DNA from: Mobula hypostoma
Lineage: Eukaryota
Assembly: GCF_963921235.1 (NCBI RefSeq)
Contig: NC_086097.1
Location: forward strand, 230,580,001 to 230,644,000
Direction of reading: 5' to 3'
DNA: 64,000 nucleotides
Shown here: in pieces, positions 25,446 to 37,933 of the stretch
Layout of the letters: every line of letters starts with the position of its first letter
How positions within the stretch are numbered: the first letter of the stretch is position 1
The notes under the pieces: generated by a model
Seen by the model: the letters and a program-made list of their open reading frames with translations, nothing else
Database searches by the model: none
What the model was told of the DNA's origin: nothing
Program-made: the position numbers and the translations under genes

Positions 25446-26608
25446 TTCAGCGGAGGGATTAGCACCATTACCACACAACTTTCAAAAATGCCTAACGAGC
25501 TACACCTCCAACCACACTTCAGAAAATCAGACACATGACTATGGCTCCTTCTTCCCTGCTATAAACAGAGAAAATGTCGTCTAAAGATAGGGTTCTACAG
25601 TTTCTTTGAGCCGGTAAACTGGTGCACACTCAAAGACTCAGCAGCCAACCTAGATGTGTATGTCACGGATATTATCAGCAAGAGGTCAATCCGGGTATTC
25701 CTAAACCCTACCATGGATGAACTAGGAGATGCACTCCCTACTGAAGTCCAAGACTCTGGCATTCGAATTGGGTAACCCTGACCTATACAAGAAGGGCAGT
25801 GTGGTAGCATAGTGGTTAGCACAATGCTTTTCGGTACCAGGGATCCAAGTTCAATTCTTGCTGTTGTCTGGAAGGAGACTGCACGTTCTCCCTGTGACTG
25901 CGTGGATTTCCTCCAGATGCTTGGGTTCCCTCTGTTACATGCCCACAGTTTGATCACGGGACAGTGGGATGATGAAATGGTCTTGTGAATGAGGTGATGT
26001 TATGTCACGTAATGGCATGGTATTTAAACAAAAACGGGCAGCGATTGGCGAAACTGTGACGCAGTTTTAATTTCTATTTTAAGGTGCAAACACGTTGTTG
26101 CCGGCAGTTTCGCCAATCGCTGCCGGTTTTTGTTTGTTGCACCTTTGTTTTAGCTTTATAGTCTAGTATTGGAGAGTGAAGACCTTATCAACGTACGGGA
26201 ACCCAAAGGATTGGGTAAAGTTAACGACATTCGGTGTTTTGGAAGTGATCGACTGTTTGGAATCGGAACTGTCCAGGAAATTGTGGCACACATGTTCGAG
26301 TTAAACCCCTGCAAGGTCAGGACGGTTTGTGCAGTGTCCACCCTCCAGCAAAAAGGTCAGTTACTTTATGACTTTATATTCGGCATGACTCCTTCGGACA
26401 AGGCATTGCTCGACTGTGATCAGCAGATTGGTCATTTTCTTCAGAGGAATTGTTGCTGCAATAAAGTCTCTCCTTAAAGACTGTGAAAATCACTTGGACT
26501 TTTCAACTTACTACTTTAAGACTGTGGTTGAACAAGAACTTGTTAAGAACTATTTCTAAGTTCGACTGTTTGTTCGAGATAGCTGCATAATGGTTAATTT
26601 CCGGTTAA

Positions 26609-27428
26609 TTAGTTAGTTAGTTAGTCATACTTTATTGATCCAGGGGAAATTGGTTTTCGTTACAGTTGCACCATAAATAATAAATAGTAATAGAACCATA
26701 AATAGTTAAATAGTAATATGTAAATTATGCCAGTAAATTATGAAATAAGTCCAGGACCAGCCTATTGGCTCAGAGTGTCTGACCCTCCAAGGGAGGAGTA
26801 GTAAAGTTTGATGGCCACAGGTAGGAATGACTTCCTATGACGCTCAGTGCTGCATCTCGGTGGAATGAGTCTCTGGCTGAATGTACTCCTGTGCCCACCC
26901 AGTACATTATGTAGTGGATGGGAGACATTGACCAAGATGGCATGCAACTTAGACAGCATCCTCTTTTCAGACACCACCATGAGAGAGTCCCTTTCCATCC
27001 CCACAACATCACTGGCCTTACGAATGAGTTTGTTGATTCTGTTGGTGTCTGCTACCCTTAGCCTGCTGCCCCAGCACACAACAGCAAACATGGTAGCACT
27101 GGCCACCACAGACTCGTAGAACATCCTCAGCATCGTCCGGCAGATGTTAAAGAACCTCAGTCTCCTCAGGAAATAGAGACGGCTCTGACCCTTCTTGTAG
27201 ACAGCCTCAGTGTTCTTTGACCAGTCCAGTTTATTGTCAATTCATATCCCCAGGTATTTGTAATCCTCCATCATGTCCACACTGACCCCCTGGATGGAAA
27301 CAGGGGTCACCGGTACCTTAGCTCCCTCATGTCTACCACCAGCTCCTTAGTCTTTTTCACATTAAGCTGCAGATAATTCTGCTCACACCATGTGACAAAG
27401 TAATTCCGCTCACACCATTTGACAAAGT
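26609..27428 (-). mobile_element. Young Rex1/Babar LINE 3' fragment
   Basis: ORF 26762..27133 (MLRMFYESVVASA.MFAVVCWG...SFLPVAIKLY), nearly identical to the copy at 61645-62135; (CTAA)n tail. Confidence 0.9.
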
Positions 27429-27514
27429 CTAGTTTGTTTACTTTTCACTGTTTTTGAGTAGAGGTTAATAAACATTGTTGTTTGTTTATAAAACCTGACT
27501 CAATTTTACATTTA

Positions 27515-29005
27515 AAAGTTGCTGGTGAACGCAGCAGGCCAGGCAGCGTCTCTAGGAAGAGGTACAGTCGACATTTTGGGCCGAGACCCTTTGTCAAGAC
27601 TAACTGAAAGAAGAGCTAGTAAGAGATTTGAAAGTGGGAGGGGGAGGGGGAGATCTGAAATGATAGGAGAAGACAGGAGGGGGAGGGATGGAGCTAAGAG
27701 CTGGACTGTTGATTGGCAAAAGTGATATGAGAGGGTCATGGGACAGGAGGCCAAGGGAGAAAGAAAAGGGGGAGGGGGGGAAAAACAAGAGAATGGGCAA
27801 GGGGTATAGTGAGGGGGTTTAGGGAGAAAAAGGAGAGAGTGAAAAAGAATGTGTGTATATAAATAAATAACAGATGGGATTTGAAGGGGAGGTGGGGCAT
27901 TAGTGGAAGTTTGAGAAATCAATGTTCGTGCCATCAGGTTGGAGGCTACCCAGACGGAATATAAGGTGTTGTTCCTCCAAGCTGAGTGTGGCTTCATCTT
28001 TACAGTAGAGGAGGCCGTGGATAGACATATCAGAATGGGAATGGGACATGGATCCCACCATTAAGCACATCTTTCCCTCCCCTCCCCCCGTTTTCTGAAG
28101 GGATCTCTCCCTACATGACTCCCTTGTCCATTCGTCCCCCCCATCCCTTCCCACCGATCTCCCTCCTGGCACTTATCCGTGTAAGCGGAACAAGTGCTAC
28201 ACATGCCCTTACACTTCCTCCCTTACTACCATTCAGGGCACCAGACAGTCCTTCCAGGTGAGGCGACACTCCACCTGTGAGTCGGCTGGGGTGATATACT
28301 GCGTCCGGTGCTCCCGATGTAGCCTTCTATATATTGGCGAGACCCGACGCAGACTGGGAGATCATTTCGCTGAACACCTACACTCTGTCCACCAGAGAAA
28401 GCAGGATCTCTCGGTGGCCACACATTTTAATTCCACGTCCCATTCCCATTCTGATATGTCTATCCACGGCCTCCTCTACTGTAAAGATGAAGCCACACTC
28501 AGGTTGGAGGAACAACACCTTATATTCTGTCTGGGTAGTCTCCAACCTGATGGCATGAACATTGACTTCTCAAACTTCTGCTAATGCCCCACTTCCCCCT
28601 CGTACCCCATCTGTTATTTATTTATATACACACATTCTTTCTCTCACTCTCCTTTTTCTCCCTCTGTCCCTCTCACTATACCCCTTGCCCATCCTCTGGG
28701 TCCCCCCCCACTTGTCTTTCTTCCCGGACCTCCTGTCCCATGATCCTCTCGTATCCCCTTTTGCCTATCACCTGTCCAGCTCTTGGCTCTATCCCTCCCC
28801 CTCCTGTCTTCTCCTATCATTTCGGATCTCCCCCTCCCCCTCTCAAATCTCTTACTAGCTCTTCTTTCAGTTAGTCCTGACGAAGGGCCTCAGCCCGAAA
28901 TGTTGACTGTACCTCTTCCTATAGATGCTGCCTGGCCTGCTGCATTCACAAGCAACTTTTATGTGTGTTGCTTGAAATTCCAGCATCTGCAGATTTCCCC
29001 GTGTT
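27515..29005. mobile_element. Neptune-type Penelope-like element, two-armed inverted insertion (minus arm 27515-28052, plus arm 28050-29005)
   Basis: GIY-YIG remnant VIYCVRCSRCSLLYIGETRRRLGDHFAEHL; ~15-bp TSD TCAATTTTAYATTYA at 27500-27514 and 29006-29020. Confidence 0.92.
28873..28908 (+). ncRNA. Minimal type-I hammerhead ribozyme motif (CpG-decayed)
   Basis: AGTC-CTGACGA-AGGGCCTCAGCCC-GAAA-TGTT-GACT: core boxes and stem I intact, CGTC decayed to TGTT. Confidence 0.65.
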
Positions 29006-29386
29006 TCAATTTTATATTCATTGCTGCTGATTCATAGCACCTCCCACAGTCCCACAAAGTACTGGTTAGTAGATTAATTAGTCATTGTAAAGTGTCCTGT
29101 AACTTGGCTCAGGTTAAATCGGGGGTTGCTAGGTTGCACGGCTCGAAGAGCCGGAAGGGCCTATTCTGTACTGTATCTCAATAAATCAATCAATAAATAA
29201 ATAAATTTGAGATATGACTTTCCTAAAGCTGTCAGGGAATCCAAGAGACAATACCAATGCAAACGTAAATCCCAGACCAGCTGTCATTTGTGGCAAGACT
29301 TACATGCTATAACGAGCTACAAAACAATGTTGTCAACCATGCAACCCTTCCTGATAAGCTTAACATATTCTACTTGCATTTTAAAT

Positions 29387-29893
29387 AGAGGAACATCTGG
29401 AAAAATTTTTGAAACGCTCGTTTGCTGCTGTCGTTACTGCGCGGTTGGGAATCTTTCAGAGGGAAGGCCTCAAAATCCCCGGCTTTGCCTGTTGTTGGTG
29501 ACTGAGATGGAGGTCGAATCGTTCGGATGGAGATGGCGCTCAGTACTCGGTGTCGGAGAGCTGATCAGAGCTCGAAGTTTTCGGATGACTCAGAGTTGGA
29601 CCGTGGTCGGGTATGGCAGGGAGAGTTTTTCTTCCTTCTCCCGTCTGCGTGAGATGTGGGACAATTGACAGACTTTGAACTTTTACTGTGCTCATGGACT
29701 TCTTCACCAAGTTATAGTATTGTTGCACTGTTGTAACTATATGTTATAATTATGTGGTTTTGTTAGCTTTTTTTCAGTCTTGGTCTGTCCTGTGTTTTGT
29801 GATATCACACTGGAGGAAATATTGTATCATTTCTTAATGGATGCATTACTAAATGACAATAAAAGAGGACTGCGTGTCTTCATAATCTAATAA
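29387..29893 (+). mobile_element. AAGATGGCG-family non-autonomous element, 5'-truncated copy
   Basis: High similarity to 55720-56225; same GAGGACTGCGTGTCTTC-ATAATCTAA end. Confidence 0.8.
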
Positions 29894-30726
29894 ATAAGGC
29901 AAGGCACTCTAATGACGACCACCCAGTGATTCTGACATTCACCATCATAAAGTCCTTCGAAAGGCTAGTCATGGCACACGTCAACTCCACCCTCCCAGAC
30001 AACCTCGACCCAGTGCAGTTTGCCTACTGTCAAAACAAGTCTATGGCAGACACCATTTCCCTACCCTCACACTTACCCCTGGAGCATCTGGATGATAAAG
30101 ACACCTAGGCAAGACTATCGTTTATTGCCTCCAGTCCCACCTTCAATCTATAATTCCAAACAAACATATCTCCAAACTCGTAGATCTGGGACACAACACC
30201 TTGTTTTGCAACTGGATCCTTAACTTGATGACTAACAGACAGCAATCAGTAAGGATAGGCAGCAAAGTGTCCACCAGGATTACCTTCAGCAGGGCTGTCC
30301 TCAGCCCCTACTTTATTCCCTTCAAACTCACAGCTGTATGGGCTGATTCTGCCTCAAACTTCATTTACGCTGGGCCAAATAATGACGAGTCAGTGTACAG
30401 GAAGCAGACAGCGGGCCGAGAGATATGTTGTCATGACAACAACCTTTCCCTCAATGTCAGCAGAGCAATAGAGCTGGCCTTTGATGTAAACAGGAATGAA
30501 TTCACCAGCCCCCTTCGGAGAGGGGAAGAGGTGGTGCACATGCTTCTGTTTACATCAATGGTGCTGAGGTCAAGAGGCTTGAGATCTTCAGGTTCCTTGG
30601 AGTGAACATCACCAATACCCTGTCCTGCTCCAACCATGTAAAAGCTGTGACCTTGAAAGTGCATCAGTGCCTCTACATCCTCAGGAGGCAAGAGAAATTT
30701 GATATTTCTCCTTTAACCCTCACGAT

Positions 30727-31393
30727 GGAGGAGGAGAAGATGGCGGCGCGACGGCATTGCGTGTGGCCATTTCGGTGGTGATGTCTGTTATCTATCAAGT
30801 AGGAGACCGTGCACAATCCTGATTTGATGGAGACAGATGTGAGAGTACGGAGGAATATCTGGAAAACTTCTGAAATGCCCGCTTCGCTGCCGCTGTTACT
30901 GTGTGGTAACCGGAATTTCCGGAGCAGAAGGCCCCAAAATCCTTGGCTTTGTGTGTTTAGGCAGCCGAGGCGAGGTCGAAGGCGCTCGGGAGACTGTATC
31001 GGAGAGGCTGGTCGGAAGCTCGAAGTTTTCGGACGGATGGACTCAGTGTCGGCTGTGGTTGGCTGCTTCCAAGGCATCAGCAAGTTGACGGTGCCTGGAG
31101 GTTTATGGCAGGGAGTTTCTCCCTTTTGCCGCCGCTATCGGGGACTCGGGAGTCGATCAACACGGGGACTTTTGAGATTTTATTTACTGTGCCCATGGTT
31201 TGTTCTTCATCAAATTATGGTATTGCTTTGCACTGCTGTAACTATATGTTATAATTATGTGGTTCTGTTAGTGTTAGTCTTTGGTTTGTCCTGTTTTCTG
31301 TGATATCACTCCGGAGAAACATTGTATAATTTCTCAATGCATGTATGCATTTCTAAATGACAATAAAAGAGGACTGAGTATTCTCATAATCTA
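30727..31393 (+). mobile_element. AAGATGGCG-family non-autonomous element, full-length copy
   Basis: Same head and tail as 9351-10012; interrupts the Rex ORF2 remnant. Confidence 0.8.
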
Positions 31394-32019
31394 AAAAAAA
31401 ATTTATATTGATGCACAAGAGAAAGCCTCCTATCCAGATACAGTCCGGCTTGATATGGAAGTGCTCTGCCCGACACCCCAAGAAACTGCCCAGAGTCATA
31501 GACACAGTTCAGCACATCACAGAAACCAGCCCTCCCCTCCATGCTCTCTGCCTACACTCCTTGCTGGCTCATTAAAGTAGGCAGCATAATCAAAGATCCC
31601 ACGCACTCCATATATTATTACTTTTCTCCTCTCCGATCCTGATGCTTTGCTGCTACTTGTGCGTGGGAGGTCTTTGGGGTTCTACGTTTTTCTGTCATTC
31701 ATTCTTTGGGGTTTTTCTTCTGTTTTGTGAATGTCCGCGAAGGGTAAGAATTTCAGGTTGTTTACTGTATACATTTTCTGATATTGAATGAAATTACTGA
31801 ACCATCGGGCAGAAAATAAAAGAGCCCGAAAGCATGTATCACCAGGATCAAGGACATTCTTTGATGCTGTTAAGACTATTGAACAGTCCCTCAATGTAAA
31901 AAGATTCCCTCTTAATCTCATAATCTACCTCATTTGGCCTTGTAGCTTATTGTCTGTAACAGTAACACTGTGTATTCTGTTACTGTTTTTCCTTTGTACT
32001 TCCTCTATCAGTATGTGAT

Positions 32020-32221
32020 GAAGTGAGTTCCTCTCCGTGCTTTGTGTTGCATTGGGCGGCAACATTGCCGTTTCTCTAGCATTTCTGCCTTGTTTTTTAC
32101 GAGGCTGATTTGCTAGCTCAACCCAGCACGGATGGAAAGCGTGCAAGGAGCTGGCCAAATCTGAACCTGGGACCACTCGCTTCGAAGTCCGGTGCAGATG
32201 CCACTACAACACTGGGCGGCT
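32020..32221 (-). mobile_element. tRNA-derived SINE
   Basis: Minus strand begins GCCGCCCAGTGTTGTAGTGG...CCCAGGTTCAGATT (A-box and B-box-like). Confidence 0.55.
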
Positions 32222-33255
32222 AAAGGTGAGAGTAAACTCAGAGAAATTTATTCAGTCATACAGTCCAATCCCTTCTCCATCACTCTGACAAATCTCCATC
32301 TCGAATTGTGTAAAGGTAGGAATGAAAACAAAAACACAAAAATAAAACTCATGAGAATACTTCTAAAACCTTGGGAAATTTGTGTAGAGACATTAAAATT
32401 TTAGAATTGAATGCATCACCTCTTCTTAAAATAATTTATCTTTAATAAGAACACCCAATTTCATAATTTCAAGTGTTAACTCTGTTAATAATAACCTTGC
32501 GAGCGCAAAATGAACTCATGTATCCATAATCACTGACAAAAAGTACAAGACATTCTCTACAGTTCACATATAATACTTACATAATTAAACTTAAAAATTA
32601 ACAAATTTAATGTTTATGGACAAAATATTGAACACTGCCGAAGACTTTATAATTAAGTCTATATTCAATTAGTTTTGTAATGCATTTATTCCTTGCAAGA
32701 GAATCTCAACTTGACAAGTTTTGAATATTGTTTACATCATTCTCGCAAGTTACAATAAAATTGTGAAAACACATAATTACTTTGTTTCAAATTTTAGAAT
32801 TTTGCATATCTTTCTTCTGGCATTCATAAAATTAATGGATATTTTATCAGAATTTCACAAAGCACTTTATTTTGTTGGATGATCGAGGAAAGCCAAAGAC
32901 ATTTCACACTCTTTATACGCTACCTTTGATGACCTCAGGACATCCCAAACTACCTTATAGACAATTTAATTGCTTTTTTAAAGAAAAAAATGTTGTAACC
33001 ATTGTAACGGAGAAATAAAGCAGGTGATTATTACACAATAATGTGATAATAATCAGATCTATTTGTACGATGTTGACATAAGTGAGAAATACTAAATGCA
33101 TTAGCACACCCAAAAACATCTGAAGCACTTCCAGGGAATTTCTACACCCATTATAGAGTGCAGACTGTGGGTGGGATGAGACCACCCAGTTGACAACAAG
33201 TCTGACAATATAGCAATATCCCAGTATTGCATTGGAATGAAAGCCAAGAATTTGT

Positions 33256-33775
33256 TCAGAATCAGAATCAGATTTATTATCACCGGCATATGACGTGAAA
33301 TATGTTAGCTTAGCAGCAACAGTTCAATGCAATACATAATATAGAAAAAGTAATAATAATAATAATAATAATAAATGAAATAAGTAAATCAATTACAGTA
33401 TATGTATATTGAATAGATTTTAAAAAGTGCCAAAACTAGAAATACTGTATATTTTAAAAAAGTGAGGTAGTATCCAAGGGTTCAATGTCCATTTCGGAAT
33501 CGGATGGCAGAAGGCAAGAAGCTGTTCCTGAATCGCTGAGTGTGTGCATCCTACCTGATGGTAGCAGTGAGAAAAGAGCATGCCCTGGGTGCTGGAGGTC
33601 CTTCGTAATGGAGGCTGCCTTTCTGAGACACCACTCCCTAAAGATGTCCTGGGTATTTTGTAGGCTAGTGCCCAAGATGGAGCTGACTAGATTTACAACC
33701 TTCTGTAGCTTCTTTCGGTCCTGTGCAGTAACCACACCCCCACCCCCATACCAGACAGTGACACAGCCTGTCAGT
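33256..33775 (-). mobile_element. Rex1/Babar 3' fragment with a (GATTCT)n tail
   Basis: ORF 33454..33789 (GCVTVWYG...KKLQKVVN...HPGHALFSLLPSGR); same family as 36321 and 48135. Confidence 0.88.
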
Positions 33776-34772
33776 TTTGAACTCAGCATTCTACCCGAGT
33801 TGCGAGAGCCATCAACAAAGACACAACAAACAGCACTTCAACCCACTTCACTTTGCGTTGGAGAGTCCAGAATTAAAATCAGGTTTATTATCACTGTCTT
33901 ATATGGCATGACATTTTGTTGTTTGCAGCAGTACAAAGTTACTACAAATTACCAGATAAATAAATAGAGAAAATAAAGGAGTAATAAGTTGATGTTCATG
34001 GACTATTCAGAAATGAGTTGATGGAAAGAAAATAAGTTGTACCTGAATCACTGAGTATGGGTCTTCAGGATCTTGTACCTTCTTCCTGACAGAAGTATCA
34101 GAACAGAAAGCTAACACAACTGCATAATTCATTTCAAACCATTCCTTTAACTCTGTACCTCGTGTGCCTTCAGCTGTCTGGGAATCACCTCTGCAATTCC
34201 CATGCTGCTTCTTGACTACTTTTCTTCAAAACTCTTAAGTTTCTCTTGAAACCTACCACCAAATGTTGGGTGATACCTCCTGATTTCTCCATATCTCAGC
34301 ATCCATTTTTGAATTTTGAAGAGACTGAGAATAATGCTCTCATTAAAAGATACTTAACATATCAGTCAGTAGTTAGCAATGCACTTTAAGTACTGATTCA
34401 GAAATTTATAGAAACTGATGCACAAACTTAATTTGTTTTATTTATATAATTTATTCCTGCATTAGCAAGGTCATTGAATTCAGCCCGGTTAGAGTGTGGT
34501 GGTTATAAAATGCAAAAGAAGCCTAAATTTTGCATTCATGTTGTTTCCAGCACAATTCCTTTGAATCTGGCTCAACTTGATCAAAGCATGGCTGACTTTC
34601 ACAATGCAAATTGCAATCAACACTATTTTTGCTGCTGCTACTTTAAAAAAATGCAGTGTCCCACCCACAAACCTTATCATGCCTACAGTAATTTAATCAC
34701 TTAAGTCATTTATAAGTCTTCAAGGCAATTCCAAAAAAAAATCGAGACCTATCACCTGCTAGCTTGTCATTG

Positions 34773-36265
34773 AGTCGCAGAATCATCGAGAAGTACGGCA
34801 CAGAAACAGACCCTTCAGCCTACCTAGTCCGTACCACCTGTCTACTCCCATCAACCTGCATCTGGACCATAGCCCTGCATTACTCAACTATCCATGTACC
34901 TTTCCAAACTTCTCTTAAACGTTGAAATTGAGCTTGCATGTACCACGTGTGCTGGCAGATCATTCCACACTCTCAAGACCCTCTGAGTGAAGAAGTTTCC
35001 CCTCATGTTCCTCTTAAACTTCACACCTTTCACCCTCAACCCATGATCTCTGGTTAAAGTCCCACCCAACCTCAGTGGAAAAAGCTTGCTTGCATTTACC
35101 CTATCTGTGCCCATCATAGTTTTGTATACCTCTATCAAATCTCCTCTCAATCTTCTATGCTCTAAGAAATGAAGTCCTAATCTATTCAATCTATCTGGAC
35201 TACTCAGGTCATCCATACTTATCAACATCCTTGTAAATTTTCTCTATACTCCCTCAACTTTGTTTATATCTTCCTATAGGTAGGGAACCAAAACTGCATA
35301 CAATACTCCAAATTAGGCCTCACCAGCATCTTATACAACTTCAACATAACATTCCATCTCCTTTACTCAATACATTCATTAATGAAGGCCAATAGGGTTA
35401 TTTATAACCCTATCTTTATGATACCACTTTCAATGAATTATTGACCTGTTGTCTGAGATCCCTTTGTTCTATCACACACCTCAGTGCCCTACTGTTCCCT
35501 GCGTAAGACCTACCCTGGTTGGTCCTACTGACGTACAAAATCTCACATTTGTCTGTATTAAATTCCATCTGCCATTTCTTGGCCCATTTTCTCAACTGAT
35601 GCAGATCCTTCTGCAAGCCATGATAGCCTTCCTCACTGTCCCACTACACCCCCAGTTTTGGTGTCATCCATAAATTTGCTGATCCAGTTAATCACATTAT
35701 CATCTAGATCATTGATACAGATGACAAACAACAAAGGACCCAGCACTGATTCCTGCAACATACCACTTGTCACAGACCTCCAGACAGAGATGCAACCCTC
35801 TACTACCACTCTGTGGCTTCTCTTCTAAAGTCTAATCCAATTTACTACCTCATCCTGAATGCCGAGTGATTGAACCTTCTTGATCAGCCTCCCATGCGGG
35901 ACCTTGTCAAATGCCTTACTAAAGTCCGTATAGACAACATCCACTGCCTTGCCTTGATCGACTTTCCTGGTAACTTCCTCGAAAAACTCTATAAGAATGG
36001 TTAGACATGACCTACCACACACAAAGCCATGTTTCTTTAATCAGTCCATGTCTATCCAAATACTTTTCTGTCCGATCCCTTTGAATACCTTTCAATAACT
36101 TTCCCACAATTGGTGTCAGAATCACTGGCCTATAATCTCCTGGTTTCTGTTTAGGGCTTTCTTTTAAACAGCGGAACAACATTGGCTATCCTCCAATCCT
36201 CCGGTACCTCTCCTTTCACGAAGGATGATTTAAACATCTTTGCTAGGGCCCCGGGAATTTCTGCA
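34773..36265 (-). mobile_element. CR1 LINE RT and 3' fragment
   Basis: ORFs 34884..35228, 35416..35616 and 35825..36022 ([11 protein letters not shown]). Confidence 0.9.
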
Positions 36266-36900
36266 TGCCTCCCTTGTCCTCCTTCCCCTCCCCCCACCTT
36301 CTTGTTCTGGCATCTTCCCCGTAGTAAATCTAGTCAGCTCCATCTTGGGTACCAGCCTACAAAGTACCCAGGACATCTCCAGGGAGTGGTGACTCAGAAG
36401 ATGTCCATTATTGAGGACCTCCAGCATGCAGGGCATGCCCTTTTCTCACTGTTACCATTAGGAAGGAGGTACAGAAGCCTGAAGGCACACACTCAGCAAT
36501 TCAGAAACAGCTTCTTCCCCTCTGCCATCCGATTCCTAAATGGACATTGAAATCTTGGACACTACCTCACTTTTTTAATATACAGTATTTCTGCTTTTTT
36601 GCATGTTATCTATTCAACATATGTATACAGTAATTGATTTACTTATTTATTATTATTTCATTCTTTTTCTATCTTATGTATTGCATTGAATTGCTTTTGC
36701 TAAATTTACAAATTTCACGTCACATGCCAGTGATAATAAACCTGATTCTGATTCTTTTCAGTTCTGATGAAAAGTCTCGGCCCAAAATGTCAACTGTTGA
36801 TGTGTTTCCACAGATGCTGCCTGATCTGTTAAGTTCCTCCAGCATCTTTTGTGGGTGTGTTGCTCTGGATTTCCCGAATCTGCAGACTCTCTTATGTTTT
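36266..36900 (+). mobile_element. Penelope-like 3' end interrupted by a Rex fragment
   Basis: Pyrimidine tract 36266-36320 resumes at ~36756 with CAGTTCTGATGAAAAGTCTCGGCCCAAAATGTCAACTG (decayed hammerhead) and the PLE tail. Confidence 0.72.
36321..36755 (+). mobile_element. Rex1/Babar 3' fragment
   Basis: HAGHALFSLLPLGRRYRSLKAHTQQFRNSFFPSAIRFLN; tail ATAATAAACCTGATTCTGATTCT. Confidence 0.88.
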
Positions 36901-36982
36901 AAAAAAACCTCAGTTTCCTAGAAAAAATATTCCTGCGTCCTAATTAGTAAGCAGTCTTGTAATCCTTTGTAGTTATCTTAAA

Positions 36983-37154
36983 CATACACAAAATGCTGAA
37001 GGAACTCAGCAGGCCAGGCAGCATCTATGGAAAAAAGAACAGTCAACATTTCGGGCACTGTACTCTTTCCATAGAAGCTGCCTGGCCTGTTGAGTTCCGC
37101 CAGCATTTTATGTGTGTTGCTCAGAGTTCCAGCATCTGCTGATTTGTTCTTGTT
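36983..37154. mobile_element. Miniature two-armed inverted Penelope-end insertion
   Basis: Minus arm 36983-37056 and plus arm 37057-37154; flanking GTTATCTTAAA (36972-36982) and GTTATTTTAAA (37156-37166). Confidence 0.78.
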
Positions 37155-37897
37155 GGTTATTTTAAAATTGGGTTATGCATATCAAGTGAATTTGCTGTGA
37201 TTTAAGATACCTGTTATTTTAAACAAAACATTCTTAATTACTCAAGAGGGATTTTGGCAATGTGTAATTATGTCAAAGGAATACTTTTAAAAGGCACTAA
37301 CTTTAGAGGAAAAAGAATTAATTATTTTGAAGTCACGGAATATCTTCTTACACAGAGGTTAACTAAGGAGTAACACATATCTAAAGTAAAAGAGAAAAAA
37401 AAATGATAAAGGACAGATAAATTTTACAAGCTTAGTAACACTGATAAAATCTTACAAGGATTATTTTGTTGATAATAAAAGCTATTATTGACAGACATAC
37501 TCAGGGAACTAACACTTCAACAGTGAGACAAGTTTAACCTATGACCTTGTAACTTGAGAAAGAGGAGAACAAAGCTTCATACACCACCGTTACAAAGCTA
37601 AAGAAAGACCAATGGGATAACTGTGCAGTAAGCACTTGAGCTGAGTTATCTCAACAAGTCAGATTGTAATTTCAGAACACTAGTGTTGAAAATGTCAACC
37701 AAAGCTATGAAGGAGAATTAACTTCACAAATATTGATTACTACAGCTGAAAATAAGTTTACTTTATGAAAATCTCATTTAAAATAAGTGCACTGTACGTA
37801 CACAACAGGAATTCTGCAGATGCTGGAAATTCAAGCAACACACATCAAAGTTGCTGGTGAATGCAGCAGGCCAGGCAGCATCTCTAGGAAGAGGTAC

Positions 37898-37933
37898 AGT
37901 CGACATTTCAGGCCGAGACCCTTCGTCAGGACT
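37898..37933 (-). ncRNA. Minimal type-I hammerhead ribozyme motif
   Basis: AGTC-CTGACGA-AGGGTCTCGGCCT-GAAA-TGTC-GACT on the minus strand. Confidence 0.72.

Larger units (their letters stand above)
25933..29039 (+). mobile_element. Solo LTR related to 12931-13738, carrying nested Rex and Penelope insertions
   Basis: Starts TGTTAC and ends ATAGCA; TSD CCTC at 25929-25932 and 29040-29043; shares TAGTATTGGAGAGTGAAGAC and AATAAA...ACCTGACTC blocks with the first LTR. Confidence 0.82.
25795..29205 (+). mobile_element. tRNA-derived V-SINE-like element with a CR1-like tail, split by an LTR (pieces 25795-25932 and 29044-29205)
   Basis: A box TAGCATAGTGG, B box GTTCAATTC, GTTCTCCCTGTGACTGCGTGGATTTCC V-domain-like core, tail GAAGGGCCTATTCTGTACTGTATCTC(AATA)n. 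Confidence 0.75.
25630..31870 (+). mobile_element. Fragmented old Rex1/Babar LINE hosting several nested insertions
   Basis: Collinear pieces at ~25630-25795, 29206-29386, 29894-30726 and 31394-31870 (KSFERLVMAHVNSTLPDNLDPVQFAY, CNWILNLMTNRQQSVRIG, CHDNNLSLNVS). Confidence 0.75.

Noticed and set aside
33351..33372. (TAA)n and other short microsatellites
   Set aside because: Ordinary simple repeats within LINE 3' UTRs and tails.
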